A stretch of 64,000 nucleotides of DNA. Source: a plasmid. Positions 20,572-31,392 of the stretch are shown piece by piece; position 1 is the first letter of the stretch; each line of letters starts with the position of its first letter. Below the pieces are notes generated by a model. That model ran no database searches, was not told where the DNA came from, and saw only the letters and a program-made list of their open reading frames with translations. The position numbers and the translations under genes are program-made. The stretch is from sequence record NZ_CP067021.1; one strand, 5' to 3'.

Positions 20572-21343
20572 TTTTAAGATGAAATCTTTGTGTGTTTTGG
20601 CTGTTGCCGGATCTCTTTTAACTGGTTGCGTATCTAGTACTATTGATGGAATGGGTTCTAAACGCAAACAAATCATGTTGTATTCTGAAAAAGAATATCT
20701 TCAGCAAAGTACTCAGTCTTACAACAACATCATCACGACTGCTAAACAGCGTGGATTGATTGTGAATAACGCTCAAGTAAATAGAGTAGCAAAACGTCTT
20801 ATCGCACAAGTTCCACATTATCGAGCTGACGCAGCAAATTGGAATTGGGAAGTTAATACAATCCGAGATAATGAAATCAACGCGTTTTGTCTATCTGGAG
20901 GCAAGATCGGTGTGTTGACTGGTTCTATCACAAAAATTAATGCAACTGATGATGAATTGGCTGCACTGATCGGCCACGAAATTGCACATGCTTTACGTGA
21001 TCATGGGCGTGAAAAGGTAAGTAAAAAGCTTTTAACTGGTTTAGGTGTGCTTGCAGCTAGTTCGGCTGGTCTTGGTGACATGGTTGTATCTGGCACAAGT
21101 TTACTAGGCGATTATGGGGTTAACTTACCTGGTTCGCGCAAACTTGAAAGTGAAGCGGATCTTCTAGGTGTTGATATTATGGTTCGTGCTGGTTACAACC
21201 CACAGGGCGCAGTCAGCTTTTGGAATAAAGTAGTAGCCCAAGAAAAACAGGGCACTAAAATTGATTTCTTATCAACGCATCCTACTTCAGAAAAAAGAAT
21301 TGTAGCGATCCAAGAATACATCAACCAAAATTACAGGAAATAA
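20564..21343 (+). CDS. M48-family zinc metallopeptidase lipoprotein (LoiP/YcaL/BepA-like)
   Basis: Lipobox LLTGC after a signal peptide. HEIAHALRDH (HExxH) zinc-binding motif. AAGGA RBS 9 nt upstream of the ATG at 20564. Confidence 0.8.
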   Translation: MFDFKMKSLCVLAVAGSLLTGCVSSTIDGMGSKRKQIMLYSEKEYLQQSTQSYNNIITTAKQRGLIVNNAQVNRVAKRLIAQVPHYRADAANWNWEVNTIRDNEINAFCLSGGKIGVLTGSITKINATDDELAALIGHEIAHALRDHGREKVSKKLLTGLGVLAASSAGLGDMVVSGTSLLGDYGVNLPGSRKLESEADLLGVDIMVRAGYNPQGAVSFWNKVVAQEKQGTKIDFLSTHPTSEKRIVAIQEYINQNYRK

Positions 21344-21358
21344 TATAAGGAGCTGGTT

Positions 21359-22294
21359 ATGGATATTTACACAGTTATCCGAGTGAGCAAAAAGTTGTTT
21401 GACCACGGTTATGTTGTAATACCAGAACACAAAGTAGATTTTAAATCGGCTTTACTGCTCTTAAATGAACAAACCGTTGATGATCGATTTCTAATATCTA
21501 AAGATATAGTAGGTGCTGAAATCAGAGGGAATTTTGCCTTAATTGAAAAGGAGGGGAAGTTTCAATTGTTTACCAAAGGAATAGATTACTTTTGTTTGAA
21601 TGTTGAGCCTGAAAAATCCAGTACTGATCCTAAACCTGAAAAAGAGGTAAAAAAGAGTAAAGTAGTTCTCAAAAACCGTTATTTATATAAAAGTGGCGTG
21701 AAGAAGATAGGGGAGCTGGACACGTACAAGAAAAGAAGCGTCAAGATTACGAATGTAGGAAAACCATTTGTACTAAAACAAAAATTGCATGACGTTCCAG
21801 ATTGGCTTTTTGAAAAGCTAAAAGACCAAGATGTATGTTGGATCTATTTTGAATATGCTGAAGAACAATTATCAGAGGCACCAATAGAAACTGCACCAAT
21901 CAATTTAAAAAGTGACATTGAAAGTTGTGTTAAATACTTTAAGTTACATGGTGAAAAAACAAGAAAAAAACCAATTATCAATGCTGAAGCACCAGGTAAC
22001 GTAAACCTATTCAGATATTGTGATTTACGGCGCATTGATCAGGAATTAAAAGTCTTATTTGTTTGTAGTGAAAACTATCTTTGGTTACTGGAACAAAATA
22101 GACAAGATCCACTACCTAACATCAAATTAAACAATATTAGTTTTGGCGGTTGGATCATTCCCAAGACGACAAACCAAGATATGTTGAATAAGCTAATAAT
22201 GTTAGATAAAGAATTAAAAACGAATCCAGATGCTTATCTTCTAAGTGTACGAGAGAGAGATGGATCCGTAAATTTGAACAACTCCTATAAGTGA
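21359..22294 (+). CDS. Hypothetical protein (311 aa)
   Basis: ORF. Confidence 0.6.
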   Translation: MDIYTVIRVSKKLFDHGYVVIPEHKVDFKSALLLLNEQTVDDRFLISKDIVGAEIRGNFALIEKEGKFQLFTKGIDYFCLNVEPEKSSTDPKPEKEVKKSKVVLKNRYLYKSGVKKIGELDTYKKRSVKITNVGKPFVLKQKLHDVPDWLFEKLKDQDVCWIYFEYAEEQLSEAPIETAPINLKSDIESCVKYFKLHGEKTRKKPIINAEAPGNVNLFRYCDLRRIDQELKVLFVCSENYLWLLEQNRQDPLPNIKLNNISFGGWIIPKTTNQDMLNKLIMLDKELKTNPDAYLLSVRERDGSVNLNNSYK

Positions 22295-22328
22295 TATTCT
22301 GCTCCTCAAATGATGTTATAAACATCAA

Positions 22329-23060
22329 GGCTCTAGACTAGCAAAATGATTATGTTAGTCTAGAATCATGATAGAAAACAGTAAATTAAGTCACTACAAG
22401 ATTAAAAAAATTATTCAATGCTTTTGTGTTGATATTCCTGCTTCCAAAACAGCCTTATTACTCAATTTAAATCGTAATACGATTAACTATTGGTACATGC
22501 TTTTTAGAGAAACTATCTATGATCATCAAACAGATTTAAGAGCTAAGTTTGTTGGTTCAATAGAAGTAGATGAAAGCTATTTTGGAGCGAAAAGGCAACG
22601 TGGGTTTCATGGAAAGTTAAAGTGTGGTCGTGGGACTCTAAAACAGCCAGTATTTGGAATATTCGAACGTAATGGGCGCGTCTATACTGAAATCGTACCT
22701 GACTGTAAAATGAAGACTTTACAAGAGGTTATCATTGGTAAAGTTTCACTTGAGAGTGTGATTTATAGTGATGGATGGCGTGGCTATAATGGTCTTGTTG
22801 ATGTGGGTTATTCAAAGCATTTTAGGGTAAATCACGGAGCAAATGAGTTTGCTAGAGGAGAATGTCATATAAATGGAATAGAATCATTTTGGAGCTTTTG
22901 TAAAAGAAGGCTAGCAAAGTTTAACGGCATATCAAAAGAGTACTTTGATTATCATCTTAAAGAAACTGAATGGCGTTGGATGAGGGAACCTAATGAGTTA
23001 GCAACTGAGCTGTGGAACCTCATTAGGTAAAATTAAGTGTAAATCTGCTAGTCTAGAGCC
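22329..23060 (+). mobile_element. IS1595-family insertion sequence (~732 bp) with 15-bp terminal inverted repeats GGCTCTAGACTAGCA
   Basis: Perfect inverted repeats at 22329-22343 and 23046-23060 flank a single transposase ORF. Confidence 0.75.
22368..23030 (+). CDS. tnp: IS1595-family (ISXO2-like DDE) transposase
   Basis: 220-aa protein with the typical IS1595-family organisation (N-terminal Zn-finger/HTH region, DDE core: ...EVDESYFG..., ...IYSDGWRGYNGL...). Confidence 0.75.
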   Translation: MIENSKLSHYKIKKIIQCFCVDIPASKTALLLNLNRNTINYWYMLFRETIYDHQTDLRAKFVGSIEVDESYFGAKRQRGFHGKLKCGRGTLKQPVFGIFERNGRVYTEIVPDCKMKTLQEVIIGKVSLESVIYSDGWRGYNGLVDVGYSKHFRVNHGANEFARGECHINGIESFWSFCKRRLAKFNGISKEYFDYHLKETEWRWMREPNELATELWNLIR

Positions 23061-23082
23061 ACATCAATATATGGAGTATTTT

Positions 23083-23388
23083 ATGGCACGTAGACCAAGA
23101 AGAAATCATTCAAATGATTTTAAAGCTAAGGTAGCACTTGCTGCGATTAAAGCAGAAAAAACACTTGCTGAATTGAGTGCTGAGTTTGATGTTCATCAAA
23201 ACCAAATTATTGACTGGAAAAATCAATTGATCTCAGCTTCCTCGCAAGCTTTCGATCAATCAAAAGCTCCAACAGAACCACCCATCGATCTAAAAAAACT
23301 ACATGCAAAAATCGGTGAGCAGGCATTAGAAATTGATTTTTTAGAAGGTGTGTTGAAGAAACTGGGCCGCTTCAACCACAAAAGTTAA
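23083..23388 (+). CDS. IS3-family transposase OrfA
   Basis: MARRPRRNHSNDFKAKVALAA... HTH; GGAG RBS 6 nt upstream. Confidence 0.8.
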   Translation: MARRPRRNHSNDFKAKVALAAIKAEKTLAELSAEFDVHQNQIIDWKNQLISASSQAFDQSKAPTEPPIDLKKLHAKIGEQALEIDFLEGVLKKLGRFNHKS

Positions 23389-23474
23389 TCGACGACTCAC
23401 TTCAGATTTCAGTATCTAAGCAAGCTAAGCTGCTGAAAGTCTCCCGTGGTTGTTATTACTATCGCCCAAAACCT

Positions 23475-24215
23475 GTGAGTGCATCAGATCTGAAGCTGAT
23501 GCGATGTATTGATGAATTACATATGCAATATCCTTTTGCAGGCAGTCGTATGATGCGTGATTTGTTGAATCGTCAAGGACATCATATAGGACGACGTCAT
23601 ACACGTACTTTAATGAAGAAAATGGGTATTCAGGCGTTATATTGCAAACCAAATTTAAGCCAGGCTAATCAAGCTCACCGTAAATATCCATATCTGCTCA
23701 AAGGGTTGGCTATTCAGCGCAGTAATCAAGTGTGGTCTACGGATATAACGTATATCCCTATGGCAAAAGGCTTTGTTTATTTATGTGCTGTGATTGATTG
23801 GCATAGCCGCAAGGTACTTGCGCATAGGGTATCGATTAGTATGGAGGTGGATTTTTGTATTTCGGCTTTAAATGAAGCGATTGAAAAATATGGTCGACCT
23901 GAAATATTTAATACAGACCAAGGCAGCCAGTTTACCAGTGATGCATTTATTGATGTATTGAAATCAAATGGCATTCAAATCAGTATGGATGGTAAAGGTC
24001 GATGGGTAGATAATGTGATGGTTGAACGATTATGGCGGAGCGTTAAATATGAAGAGGTGTATCTCAAAGCTTATAGCAGTGTCACAGATGCGAAAAAGCA
24101 ATTAAGTGCATATTTTGAGTTTTATAATTTGAAACGACCTCATTCGAGTCTAGACAAAATGACACCAAATGAGTTTTACTATGATCAGCTACCCCAACAA
24201 AACAAGGTGGCTTAA
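23475..24215 (+). CDS. IS3-family transposase OrfB (DDE integrase core; expressed by -1 frameshift fusion with OrfA)
   Basis: DDE motifs VWSTDITYI, NTDQGSQFTS, VERLWRSVK, KRPHSSL. Confidence 0.8.
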   Translation: MSASDLKLMRCIDELHMQYPFAGSRMMRDLLNRQGHHIGRRHTRTLMKKMGIQALYCKPNLSQANQAHRKYPYLLKGLAIQRSNQVWSTDITYIPMAKGFVYLCAVIDWHSRKVLAHRVSISMEVDFCISALNEAIEKYGRPEIFNTDQGSQFTSDAFIDVLKSNGIQISMDGKGRWVDNVMVERLWRSVKYEEVYLKAYSSVTDAKKQLSAYFEFYNLKRPHSSLDKMTPNEFYYDQLPQQNKVA

Positions 24216-24470
24216 CTAGAGCGGAATATCACTTATAAATACGCTTTTAGTTGTTCAAACAAGTGGGACCACCTCTAGAGTAAAGTACTCTCGTACAATA
24301 ACTATTGTAATGCTACTAATTAAGTTGCTTAAATCTAAATAATTAAACATAGCTGCAAACATGAATCTCAATTTTTTATTCGGCTTTATCATAATTATTG
24401 TTGGCGGTGGTGCAGCAATAGTTGCGCTTCGTTCAATGTTAGAAAATGAAATTTTTATGAAGGATAGTAT

Positions 24471-24770
24471 ATGGCTATGAATAATTCTAAATTCGATAAA
24501 TACTTATTGCGCTCATTTTTAAAAAATACTGGACTTGCAATAATTTCAATTAGTGCAATAGCATTGGTTATATTTGCATGTTATGTGGTTTATATAGGAA
24601 TAGGAAAAGCATCAACTTATGTATTCAATAACTTTGTACTAACTCTAAAAACTATTGGCTATATCGTATTATTTTTAATCGCTTTAAATTTAGTTATCTG
24701 TTTTATTGAAAATGTTATCAAAGAAGCCAATCAAAAAAGGAGTGAAGATAGTTCAGAAGATAATGTATGA
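24471..24770 (+). CDS. Small membrane protein (99 aa)
   Basis: Two TM helices. Confidence 0.4.
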   Translation: MAMNNSKFDKYLLRSFLKNTGLAIISISAIALVIFACYVVYIGIGKASTYVFNNFVLTLKTIGYIVLFLIALNLVICFIENVIKEANQKRSEDSSEDNV

Positions 24771-24945
24771 GGGTAATAAAAAGTATCATACTGGCTTACT
24801 CTCAACACTTTGATTTTTTGGTCTTTATCTCCATCAAGTGTATTTTCTAAAATATAGTATGAATCTTTTACCCTCATACACTAAGGGGTTAAGAAAGGTT
24901 TCGGCAAGAAACGCCCCTCAACAAAACACCTACGATAAAAAAGTT

Positions 24946-25308
24946 TTAGTGATCGTGGTGATCTGTATCAATTACGTCATTATTGTTTGCATTAAACTTA
25001 GCCTGCTCTTTATAAAAATTATAGTCGGCATTGTCGTATACAAGCTCTTTTGGGTAAGGGATACCCATTTCATCAAGCTTTAAAGCGTAATAATGCGGTA
25101 TTGGCTTGGTTGGATTGAAGTATGGTTCAGGGTAGTACTGAGTAACGACTTTAGCGGAGTAGGAATTAACGAGTTGATCTACATCGCTTTCTATTGTTTT
25201 TTGTTGGTCATTGTAATAAGAGTCAACAAGCTCTTTGTCTGAGTGGCTTGCTGCACAACCTGAAAATATTAAAGGTATTAAAATAGCGATAATTCTATAA
25301 TGTTTCAT
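24946..25308 (-). CDS. Lipoprotein (120 aa)
   Basis: Signal peptide with lipobox IFSGC. Confidence 0.55.
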   Translation of the reverse strand: MKHYRIIAILIPLIFSGCAASHSDKELVDSYYNDQQKTIESDVDQLVNSYSAKVVTQYYPEPYFNPTKPIPHYYALKLDEMGIPYPKELVYDNADYNFYKEQAKFNANNNDVIDTDHHDH

Positions 25309-25368
25309 TTTAAATAGGCCCAGGTGTAGTGTATATTTAATGGAACGTTAAAATACTTTTGATTATAC

Positions 25369-26115
25369 ATGACTTTTAAAGATGCTGTAACACCACCTTT
25401 TAGCAGAGGAAAAAGAGAACATAAGTTCTTGGCTAAAATGTTAAAATCTGAAAAAGATAAGATTAAGCTTTATACCAAAAGTTTAAGAAAAATTACTTTT
25501 AATGAGCTTTTAATTAGAGCAACTTTAATTTTAGTTGTGGTTTTTGCGTTAAGTTTTTGTATCTTTGGCGTATACCTATCTTTGAACGGTTTATTCTCAA
25601 AAGATGTGCATTTAGGAATGATTGGCATTATAGGTGATAGTAGTAGAATAATATTATGTACCATCTCAGCTATATTGTGCGCGGTTACAGCTTTCAAACT
25701 GTTTAAGAAAGCAAAAATTGACTGGAAAGAACATCAGTCATCAAAACGATATGCCAAAGCAATAACGAAAGAGTACCAGTCATTAAATAATTTGATTTTG
25801 GAACAGATTAAACAAGATAAAACAGGCAGTTATTGGCTGAACAGCAAAGAGATCCTGAGCATAACAGAGCAATACGAAGATAACATAAATGAAAACACAA
25901 AAGATTATCTGGTAAGTTTTACGCAAGATACGACTAAAAAGTATGTTAGGTTTTACATATATAATAATTCGCATATCTCTAATGGGTATACCAATGTTTT
26001 ACATATACACTCGACTACTTTAACAATTTATTCACACTGTCTAAGTTATTCGGATTCGTTGAGTGTTAAAGACCTTTTAGATATTTCTGTTAAAAGTATT
26101 TGCATAAATTATTAG
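25369..26115 (+). CDS. Membrane protein (248 aa)
   Basis: Two to three TM helices. Confidence 0.5.
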   Translation: MTFKDAVTPPFSRGKREHKFLAKMLKSEKDKIKLYTKSLRKITFNELLIRATLILVVVFALSFCIFGVYLSLNGLFSKDVHLGMIGIIGDSSRIILCTISAILCAVTAFKLFKKAKIDWKEHQSSKRYAKAITKEYQSLNNLILEQIKQDKTGSYWLNSKEILSITEQYEDNINENTKDYLVSFTQDTTKKYVRFYIYNNSHISNGYTNVLHIHSTTLTIYSHCLSYSDSLSVKDLLDISVKSICINY

Positions 26116-26214
26116 TTTTACTATAATACTTTTAAGAACAAAATTTAAATGTTTCTTACGACATTAAAAGAATGGGAGGCTTATAGCTTCCCATTTTTCT
26201 TTTTAAAATAACTA

Positions 26215-26586
26215 TTATTTTTCTAAAACATCATTTGCCTTTTTCTCAAAACCCTTAACTTCTGCTAAAAGTTCTTCATTTTGGGCCATTGTGTCAGTAA
26301 AGGTCTGTTTCGAGAATTTAATGAATTCCAATGCATCATTGATCGATTGCTCTTTGCTTGGCTTCACGTACTTCGGGAGCTTATTGAATTCAGTATCCAC
26401 ATTTCTTTTGATCGCAGAAAAGTCTTTATCAAGCGACTCGAATGCTGCACTGGTTGACTCAAGCTGTATACGTTCAGAAACTCTATGGTCGATGTTTTGG
26501 AACACCAGGAACACACATACAAAAACTAAACTAGCAATTAAACTATTTTTTAGAACAACTGTATCCATTTTAAAACCCTTTAACAT
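26215..26586 (-). CDS. N-terminally anchored hypothetical protein (123 aa)
   Basis: One N-terminal TM helix. Confidence 0.5.
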   Translation of the reverse strand: MLKGFKMDTVVLKNSLIASLVFVCVFLVFQNIDHRVSERIQLESTSAAFESLDKDFSAIKRNVDTEFNKLPKYVKPSKEQSINDALEFIKFSKQTFTDTMAQNEELLAEVKGFEKKANDVLEK

Positions 26587-26642
26587 TTCTTTGATATTTT
26601 TAGTATAATCACTTTAATGTCTTTAAAATTTTTTTAAAAAAT

Positions 26643-27161
26643 ATGTCTAAAGCCTCCAACGTTGAGCTCTTAAACTTTTATAGTCTTGTTAAAGTACCTT
26701 TTAAATATGCTCACAAAGAGGTGTTGTTCTCCATTTCTATTTTATATTTTAACGGTAAAACTAAATCATACGTTCATTATCACAAATTTGAAGATGAAGA
26801 ATTGCAGACTGTTCTAGGGTATGTGGTTTCGGAGAGTCTGGCGTGGACCTTTGGATCTTTGAAAACTGATAAATTCACTGTTAATCAGAATTTTATTTTC
26901 AATACTGTGCAAGAAGTGGAAAAAAGCCTTAAAGAACAAATAAATGCTTTATATAAAAGCACGGGTATAAATGCTAAGTTTTCCATGCAATATGCCTTAA
27001 AGGATAAGCCATCTGCAGAAAACAACGACTTATTAGAGAAGATATTTGCGATTGATAAAATGCTACCATTTGCTTTTACATTTAATAATAACGGCGGTTA
27101 TGAAGTTGCATTAAAAGAATGTTCGTTAAAACTAATTAATGATATTGGGTTTTTCGCTTAA
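26643..27161 (+). CDS. Hypothetical protein (172 aa)
   Basis: ORF. Confidence 0.5.
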   Translation: MSKASNVELLNFYSLVKVPFKYAHKEVLFSISILYFNGKTKSYVHYHKFEDEELQTVLGYVVSESLAWTFGSLKTDKFTVNQNFIFNTVQEVEKSLKEQINALYKSTGINAKFSMQYALKDKPSAENNDLLEKIFAIDKMLPFAFTFNNNGGYEVALKECSLKLINDIGFFA

Positions 27162-27251
27162 AAGTCCTTAAACTATTAAATACCACTTCATTAATACTTA
27201 TTTTTAATTATAATGTGGGGTATTAGTAGTTTTAAGTTAGGTCATTAATTA

Positions 27252-28574
27252 GTGAATAAGAAAACCCTTACCATAGCGATATTGTCAGTTTTGCTATTTG
27301 GTTGTGATAAGTTAAAGCCTTCAAATACTGATACTGCATCTCAAGAAGAACAAATAGATCCCATTGAAAAGAAAGTTGAGGAACAAGTTCGCAAATATGA
27401 TGAACGTGTTACCACTTACAATCCATCTAACTACAAATTACCTCAATCAAGCCTTTCTACCACCAGCCACAAAGTAGCGTGTAATTTTGGTGTAGGGGGA
27501 GATCTACCAGCTTTGGCATCAAATGGCATGTTCTCACAGCCGTTATATCGTATTGAAGCTGAGCAGATCATGGATAAAGTTCAGGGCGATGTGATGTATG
27601 CCCCTTATTCAATCGCGACATCTGTTGAGGGTGATGTTTTATATGAATCTGAAATTGATAGCTTTGATCGACAGTTAAATACATTACGAAGTTATCAAAT
27701 TAAATCATCTGAACGAAATATCATTTCGTCATCTGGCTTTTACACCAATTCAAACAAAGCTGTTCGTATGGCACCTATCCGCAGTTACCCGGTTGCTTAT
27801 GTGAAGCGCTTGGACGGCGATATTGTTTCTACATCTATGTTTAATGATGCATGCGACAAAGAAGTAGGTGTACGTAACTACAAATGGCGCGAAATTGATG
27901 TGTCGGGCAAACCATATGCAAGTTTAGCATCCACTGTATCTGAGCAAATTGTTCGGGTGAATCAGTTTGGCATGTTCACCAGTGCATCAAATTTTTACAG
28001 CTACTTCAGTAGTGAGTTTGGCAACTTCTTGGATGCAAATAACAAGTTTAGATCCGCATTGGAGAAATCAGGACGTTTCCCTAAAGGTTCAAAAATCTAC
28101 GTTCCATCTGAGATTAAAACGACTGATGAAACACTGGTGATTACGAAGAACCCTGAGCTTGAAATTACAGACTTCCAAAAAGACAAGGTTTTAGAGGCAT
28201 ACAACAAAGAGGCCAAAATACGGAATCTTGGCCAGATCGTATTCAAGGTCTACAACCTCAAAAACAATACTGTTTTCTATACACCATGGAATGAAACCAA
28301 GCACCGTGAAGCGGTCGAGTTTGAACCTATTGTTGTTATCGATGGCAAGGCTTATTCAGCAGTTTGGCATGTTCCTAATACTTTGACATTCAATGATTCG
28401 ACCAGTGCTGGAAACTTAACGTATTACAACGCTACGGCGCATAACGCATTCGTCAATGCTGTTAAAGGTATATACCAAGGTCAGCAAAGCATGGTTGGTA
28501 CAGAGCACGAAGATGATACCGAATATTCAATGAAGACTGCAGTTGAATACCAGAAAGCCCAGGCAGAGAAATAA
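27252..28574 (+). CDS. Lipoprotein (440 aa)
   Basis: Signal peptide with lipobox LLFGC. Confidence 0.65.
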   Translation: MNKKTLTIAILSVLLFGCDKLKPSNTDTASQEEQIDPIEKKVEEQVRKYDERVTTYNPSNYKLPQSSLSTTSHKVACNFGVGGDLPALASNGMFSQPLYRIEAEQIMDKVQGDVMYAPYSIATSVEGDVLYESEIDSFDRQLNTLRSYQIKSSERNIISSSGFYTNSNKAVRMAPIRSYPVAYVKRLDGDIVSTSMFNDACDKEVGVRNYKWREIDVSGKPYASLASTVSEQIVRVNQFGMFTSASNFYSYFSSEFGNFLDANNKFRSALEKSGRFPKGSKIYVPSEIKTTDETLVITKNPELEITDFQKDKVLEAYNKEAKIRNLGQIVFKVYNLKNNTVFYTPWNETKHREAVEFEPIVVIDGKAYSAVWHVPNTLTFNDSTSAGNLTYYNATAHNAFVNAVKGIYQGQQSMVGTEHEDDTEYSMKTAVEYQKAQAEK

Positions 28575-29343
28575 TATGGAATTAAGCACTATTGAAAAGA
28601 ATACCGAAGCTCAAGACATTCAATCTGATGCGTATGACCAGCGTGTACATTCAGTATTGATAGTACCTGAACATGCCCTAAAAAAAATTGAGTCGATGAT
28701 TTTGGCTACTGGTCATGTACAAAGTGACAGTACCAATCTTTTAGAAGTTTTAAGGCCAATGCCTGAAGAATTCAGAAAAGACGTTGATAACACCGAATTT
28801 ACAGAAAAAGAAAACGGCGACATCGGTGATGCAGCCGTGGTCATTGTTGATGGTTTGATTCACGACACAAAACGCGGTGTTTGGATCTCTCAAAATTGGG
28901 GTTGTGGTAGTCCTAAATTCACCAAGCTTATTCAGGCTGGAGCTGAGCCACCAATTGAACTGATTGCCAAAAATAAGGGGGATAAGTTTAGTGCGACTTT
29001 AACGCACGAATTTCAAAAAGCGTATGAGCGAATGGGTTATACCCAAAAACAGGTCGGTTATATACACATCCTATCAAATGGTACACCAACGACTTTCTTT
29101 AACTACCTGAGTGACGAATTGCTGTGCAAACTGGAATTCATATCAGTAGACAACAACCGTTTAAACGCCTCACAAACTAACTTTTATAGTGCCGTAGAGC
29201 GAGGATCTGTTTCAGATTGGGGAGTGAGCTATCACAGAAAACCTTTTAACTTAGAAAATTACCCGATCAATTCTCTATTGGTGTCGGGATTAACAATAAC
29301 TTTTATTTTGTACCTGATTTACAGCTATCTCTTTGGAGCTTAA
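28575..29343 (+). CDS. Hypothetical protein with a C-terminal TM anchor (256 aa from the ATG at 28575)
   Basis: RBS-like AGGCAGAGA before the ATG. C-terminal hydrophobic helix LLVSGLTITFILYLIYSYLF. Confidence 0.55.
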
Positions 29344-29349
29344 TACCAA

Positions 29350-29733
29350 ATGAAATATTTAAACAGAACATCTCAAGATCGCGAAAAACATCATTACTTT
29401 AATCAACAACAGGGCGACAATAGAAAACAGCACAATCCGAACCATCGTCACCACTCTATTAGCTTAAATGATGTATTTCGGTCGTTATTAGCCCTTACTC
29501 AACTAGACAAAGACATCCCGACATTGATCAAGCTTTTTGAAGAACAAGGGCTTGAAATATGCGAAACGCGTGTACGCACTTGGTCAACACCCGTGCATAT
29601 CAACAATAGACCAATACCACACATTATTTTTGTTGGTTTTATGAATTTACTTGAGTGCATCAATGCTGAAGCAAAACTCAAAGATATTAATCTGTTTGAT
29701 CTGTCAGAAATCTTGGACGATATACGCAACTAA
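29350..29733 (+). CDS. Hypothetical basic protein (127 aa)
   Basis: ORF in an operon-like arrangement. Confidence 0.45.
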   Translation: MKYLNRTSQDREKHHYFNQQQGDNRKQHNPNHRHHSISLNDVFRSLLALTQLDKDIPTLIKLFEEQGLEICETRVRTWSTPVHINNRPIPHIIFVGFMNLLECINAEAKLKDINLFDLSEILDDIRN

Positions 29734-29751
29734 CAATTATGTGGTTTAGCT

Positions 29752-31392
29752 ATGACTGAAGAAATAAATAGTAATGAAAAAAAAGATGGTCCTATTACGG
29801 ATGTAGGTAAAAAGTTTGCTGGTGCACGTAAAGACAACCCATCACCAGACTTCTCAGGCAACATGAATGGAATTAAGTCTGACAGCCTAGTGACTAAAAA
29901 GGAATATTGGCAAAAGCCTGATTTTAGAGCTGATGCCCAATCTGGCCATAAACCTGTAAAACATGCACTATTATTTTCTTTGGTCTATGCAAACTTAACC
30001 AACAAGCCTTTAGGGGGCGGTTGGTTTAGCATAGGTCAAAAGCAATGGGATGATGCCTACATTGCTACGCTACACTTCTTAAAAAACAAATATGAAAGCT
30101 CACACTACGAACGTTTAGAACAACTGACAGACGACTTTAATGCGTACATGACCGTTAAGTTTGGTGCTGGACGAAGTGAAAAAGATATTTTAGAACGCTA
30201 CTCAGCTGGACGACATACCAATCGCAGAGTTAAACACCCACTATCATTTAGTTCAGACACACGTTTACGCTTAAAAAACTTAATCCCTTTAGGATGGCCA
30301 GACGATCGTGTACTTGATACGGATAATTATGGTGCCAAAAAATTATTAAACACTGAGACTGGTCAACATAAGTGGTATGCCGTTAAATCCATTTCAGCAA
30401 AGCGGTTTCAAACACTAGATGATTGGACGGAATACGACACATTCAATGCAGCACTAGAAAAAGTAAAAACATTTTTTCAGCCAATTTTAGATGAACGAGT
30501 CATAGAACCCAAAAAAGGACGCGCAAAACCACCCAAAAGACCGCGCTACGACAGAGTTGAAGTGCGCGAGGGTAAGGACCATCGAAAGGGTGAAAACATC
30601 GATAGCCAGTTGCTTATGGACTATTTCAAATTTTCTGGAGTCGAGTTCGGCAATTGGGTAAATCAAAAGGAACGTGCATGGTTTCTGAATTGCACGTATG
30701 ACTCACTAATGGATCTTGTCGAACTTCTAGGTCTACCCGTTACGTTCGCATCTTTAGGCGGTAAGCTAGGAATAGCATTCGGTTCGCGTGGCACAGGCGT
30801 TGATAGCGCAGCAGCTCACTTTGAACCAGGTAATATGCTTATTCATTTGACCAAGACGCAAGGTGTTGGAGCACTAGCCCATGAGTTCGCGCACGGATTT
30901 GATTGTGTTTTGGCAAAACGAAACGGACTCAATAATAACTTTTTTAGCGAATACTTTCTTTACACCAGTAAAGGGCGTTACTCAGTACAGAATCATCAAG
31001 AGTCAGCATACAAACATCTTAAAGATGGCCAGACTGCAGATAAGTTTATCAAGCTGGTTAATTATCTTACTTTTAAGTCAACCAAATACCTTGATTACGA
31101 AGAAAGACAAGGCGGTACGGGCTTTATGAATAACGCCATGCACCTAGATCAATCACGGTCAATGTATTGGTCACAGCCAACAGAAATCTTTGCCAGACTG
31201 TTTGAATGTTGGGTGACGGATAAGCTGGCTGAAAATGATCAACAAAATGGGTTTTTGGTGCACGGCACAGAAGAGTCGGCAAATAGTTGGAATATGAAGT
31301 TAAGCGCATATCCAACAGGCAGAGAACGGGCAATTTTAGTTGATTTGATGGATGATTGGCTAAAAGCATTAGTGAGGTCGTGGACGAAATGA
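29752..31392 (+). CDS. Zincin-like HExxH metallopeptidase-domain protein (546 aa), resembling the zincin domains of conjugative-element 'polyvalent' proteins
   Basis: C-terminal motif GVGALAHEFAHGFD (HExxH) with a downstream acidic residue in ...NNAMHLD.... Basic KKGRAKPPKRPR linker. Confidence 0.7.
   Translation: MTEEINSNEKKDGPITDVGKKFAGARKDNPSPDFSGNMNGIKSDSLVTKKEYWQKPDFRADAQSGHKPVKHALLFSLVYANLTNKPLGGGWFSIGQKQWDDAYIATLHFLKNKYESSHYERLEQLTDDFNAYMTVKFGAGRSEKDILERYSAGRHTNRRVKHPLSFSSDTRLRLKNLIPLGWPDDRVLDTDNYGAKKLLNTETGQHKWYAVKSISAKRFQTLDDWTEYDTFNAALEKVKTFFQPILDERVIEPKKGRAKPPKRPRYDRVEVREGKDHRKGENIDSQLLMDYFKFSGVEFGNWVNQKERAWFLNCTYDSLMDLVELLGLPVTFASLGGKLGIAFGSRGTGVDSAAAHFEPGNMLIHLTKTQGVGALAHEFAHGFDCVLAKRNGLNNNFFSEYFLYTSKGRYSVQNHQESAYKHLKDGQTADKFIKLVNYLTFKSTKYLDYEERQGGTGFMNNAMHLDQSRSMYWSQPTEIFARLFECWVTDKLAENDQQNGFLVHGTEESANSWNMKLSAYPTGRERAILVDLMDDWLKALVRSWTK

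Larger units (their letters stand above)
23061..24300 (+). mobile_element. IS3-family insertion sequence (orfA/orfB with programmed frameshift). Ends uncertain. Its left end abuts or is truncated by the IS1595 element.
   Basis: OrfA (HTH, leucine zipper) followed by a -1-frame OrfB with a DDE integrase core (WSTDITYI..., DxxSQF, ...LKRPH). Confidence 0.65.
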
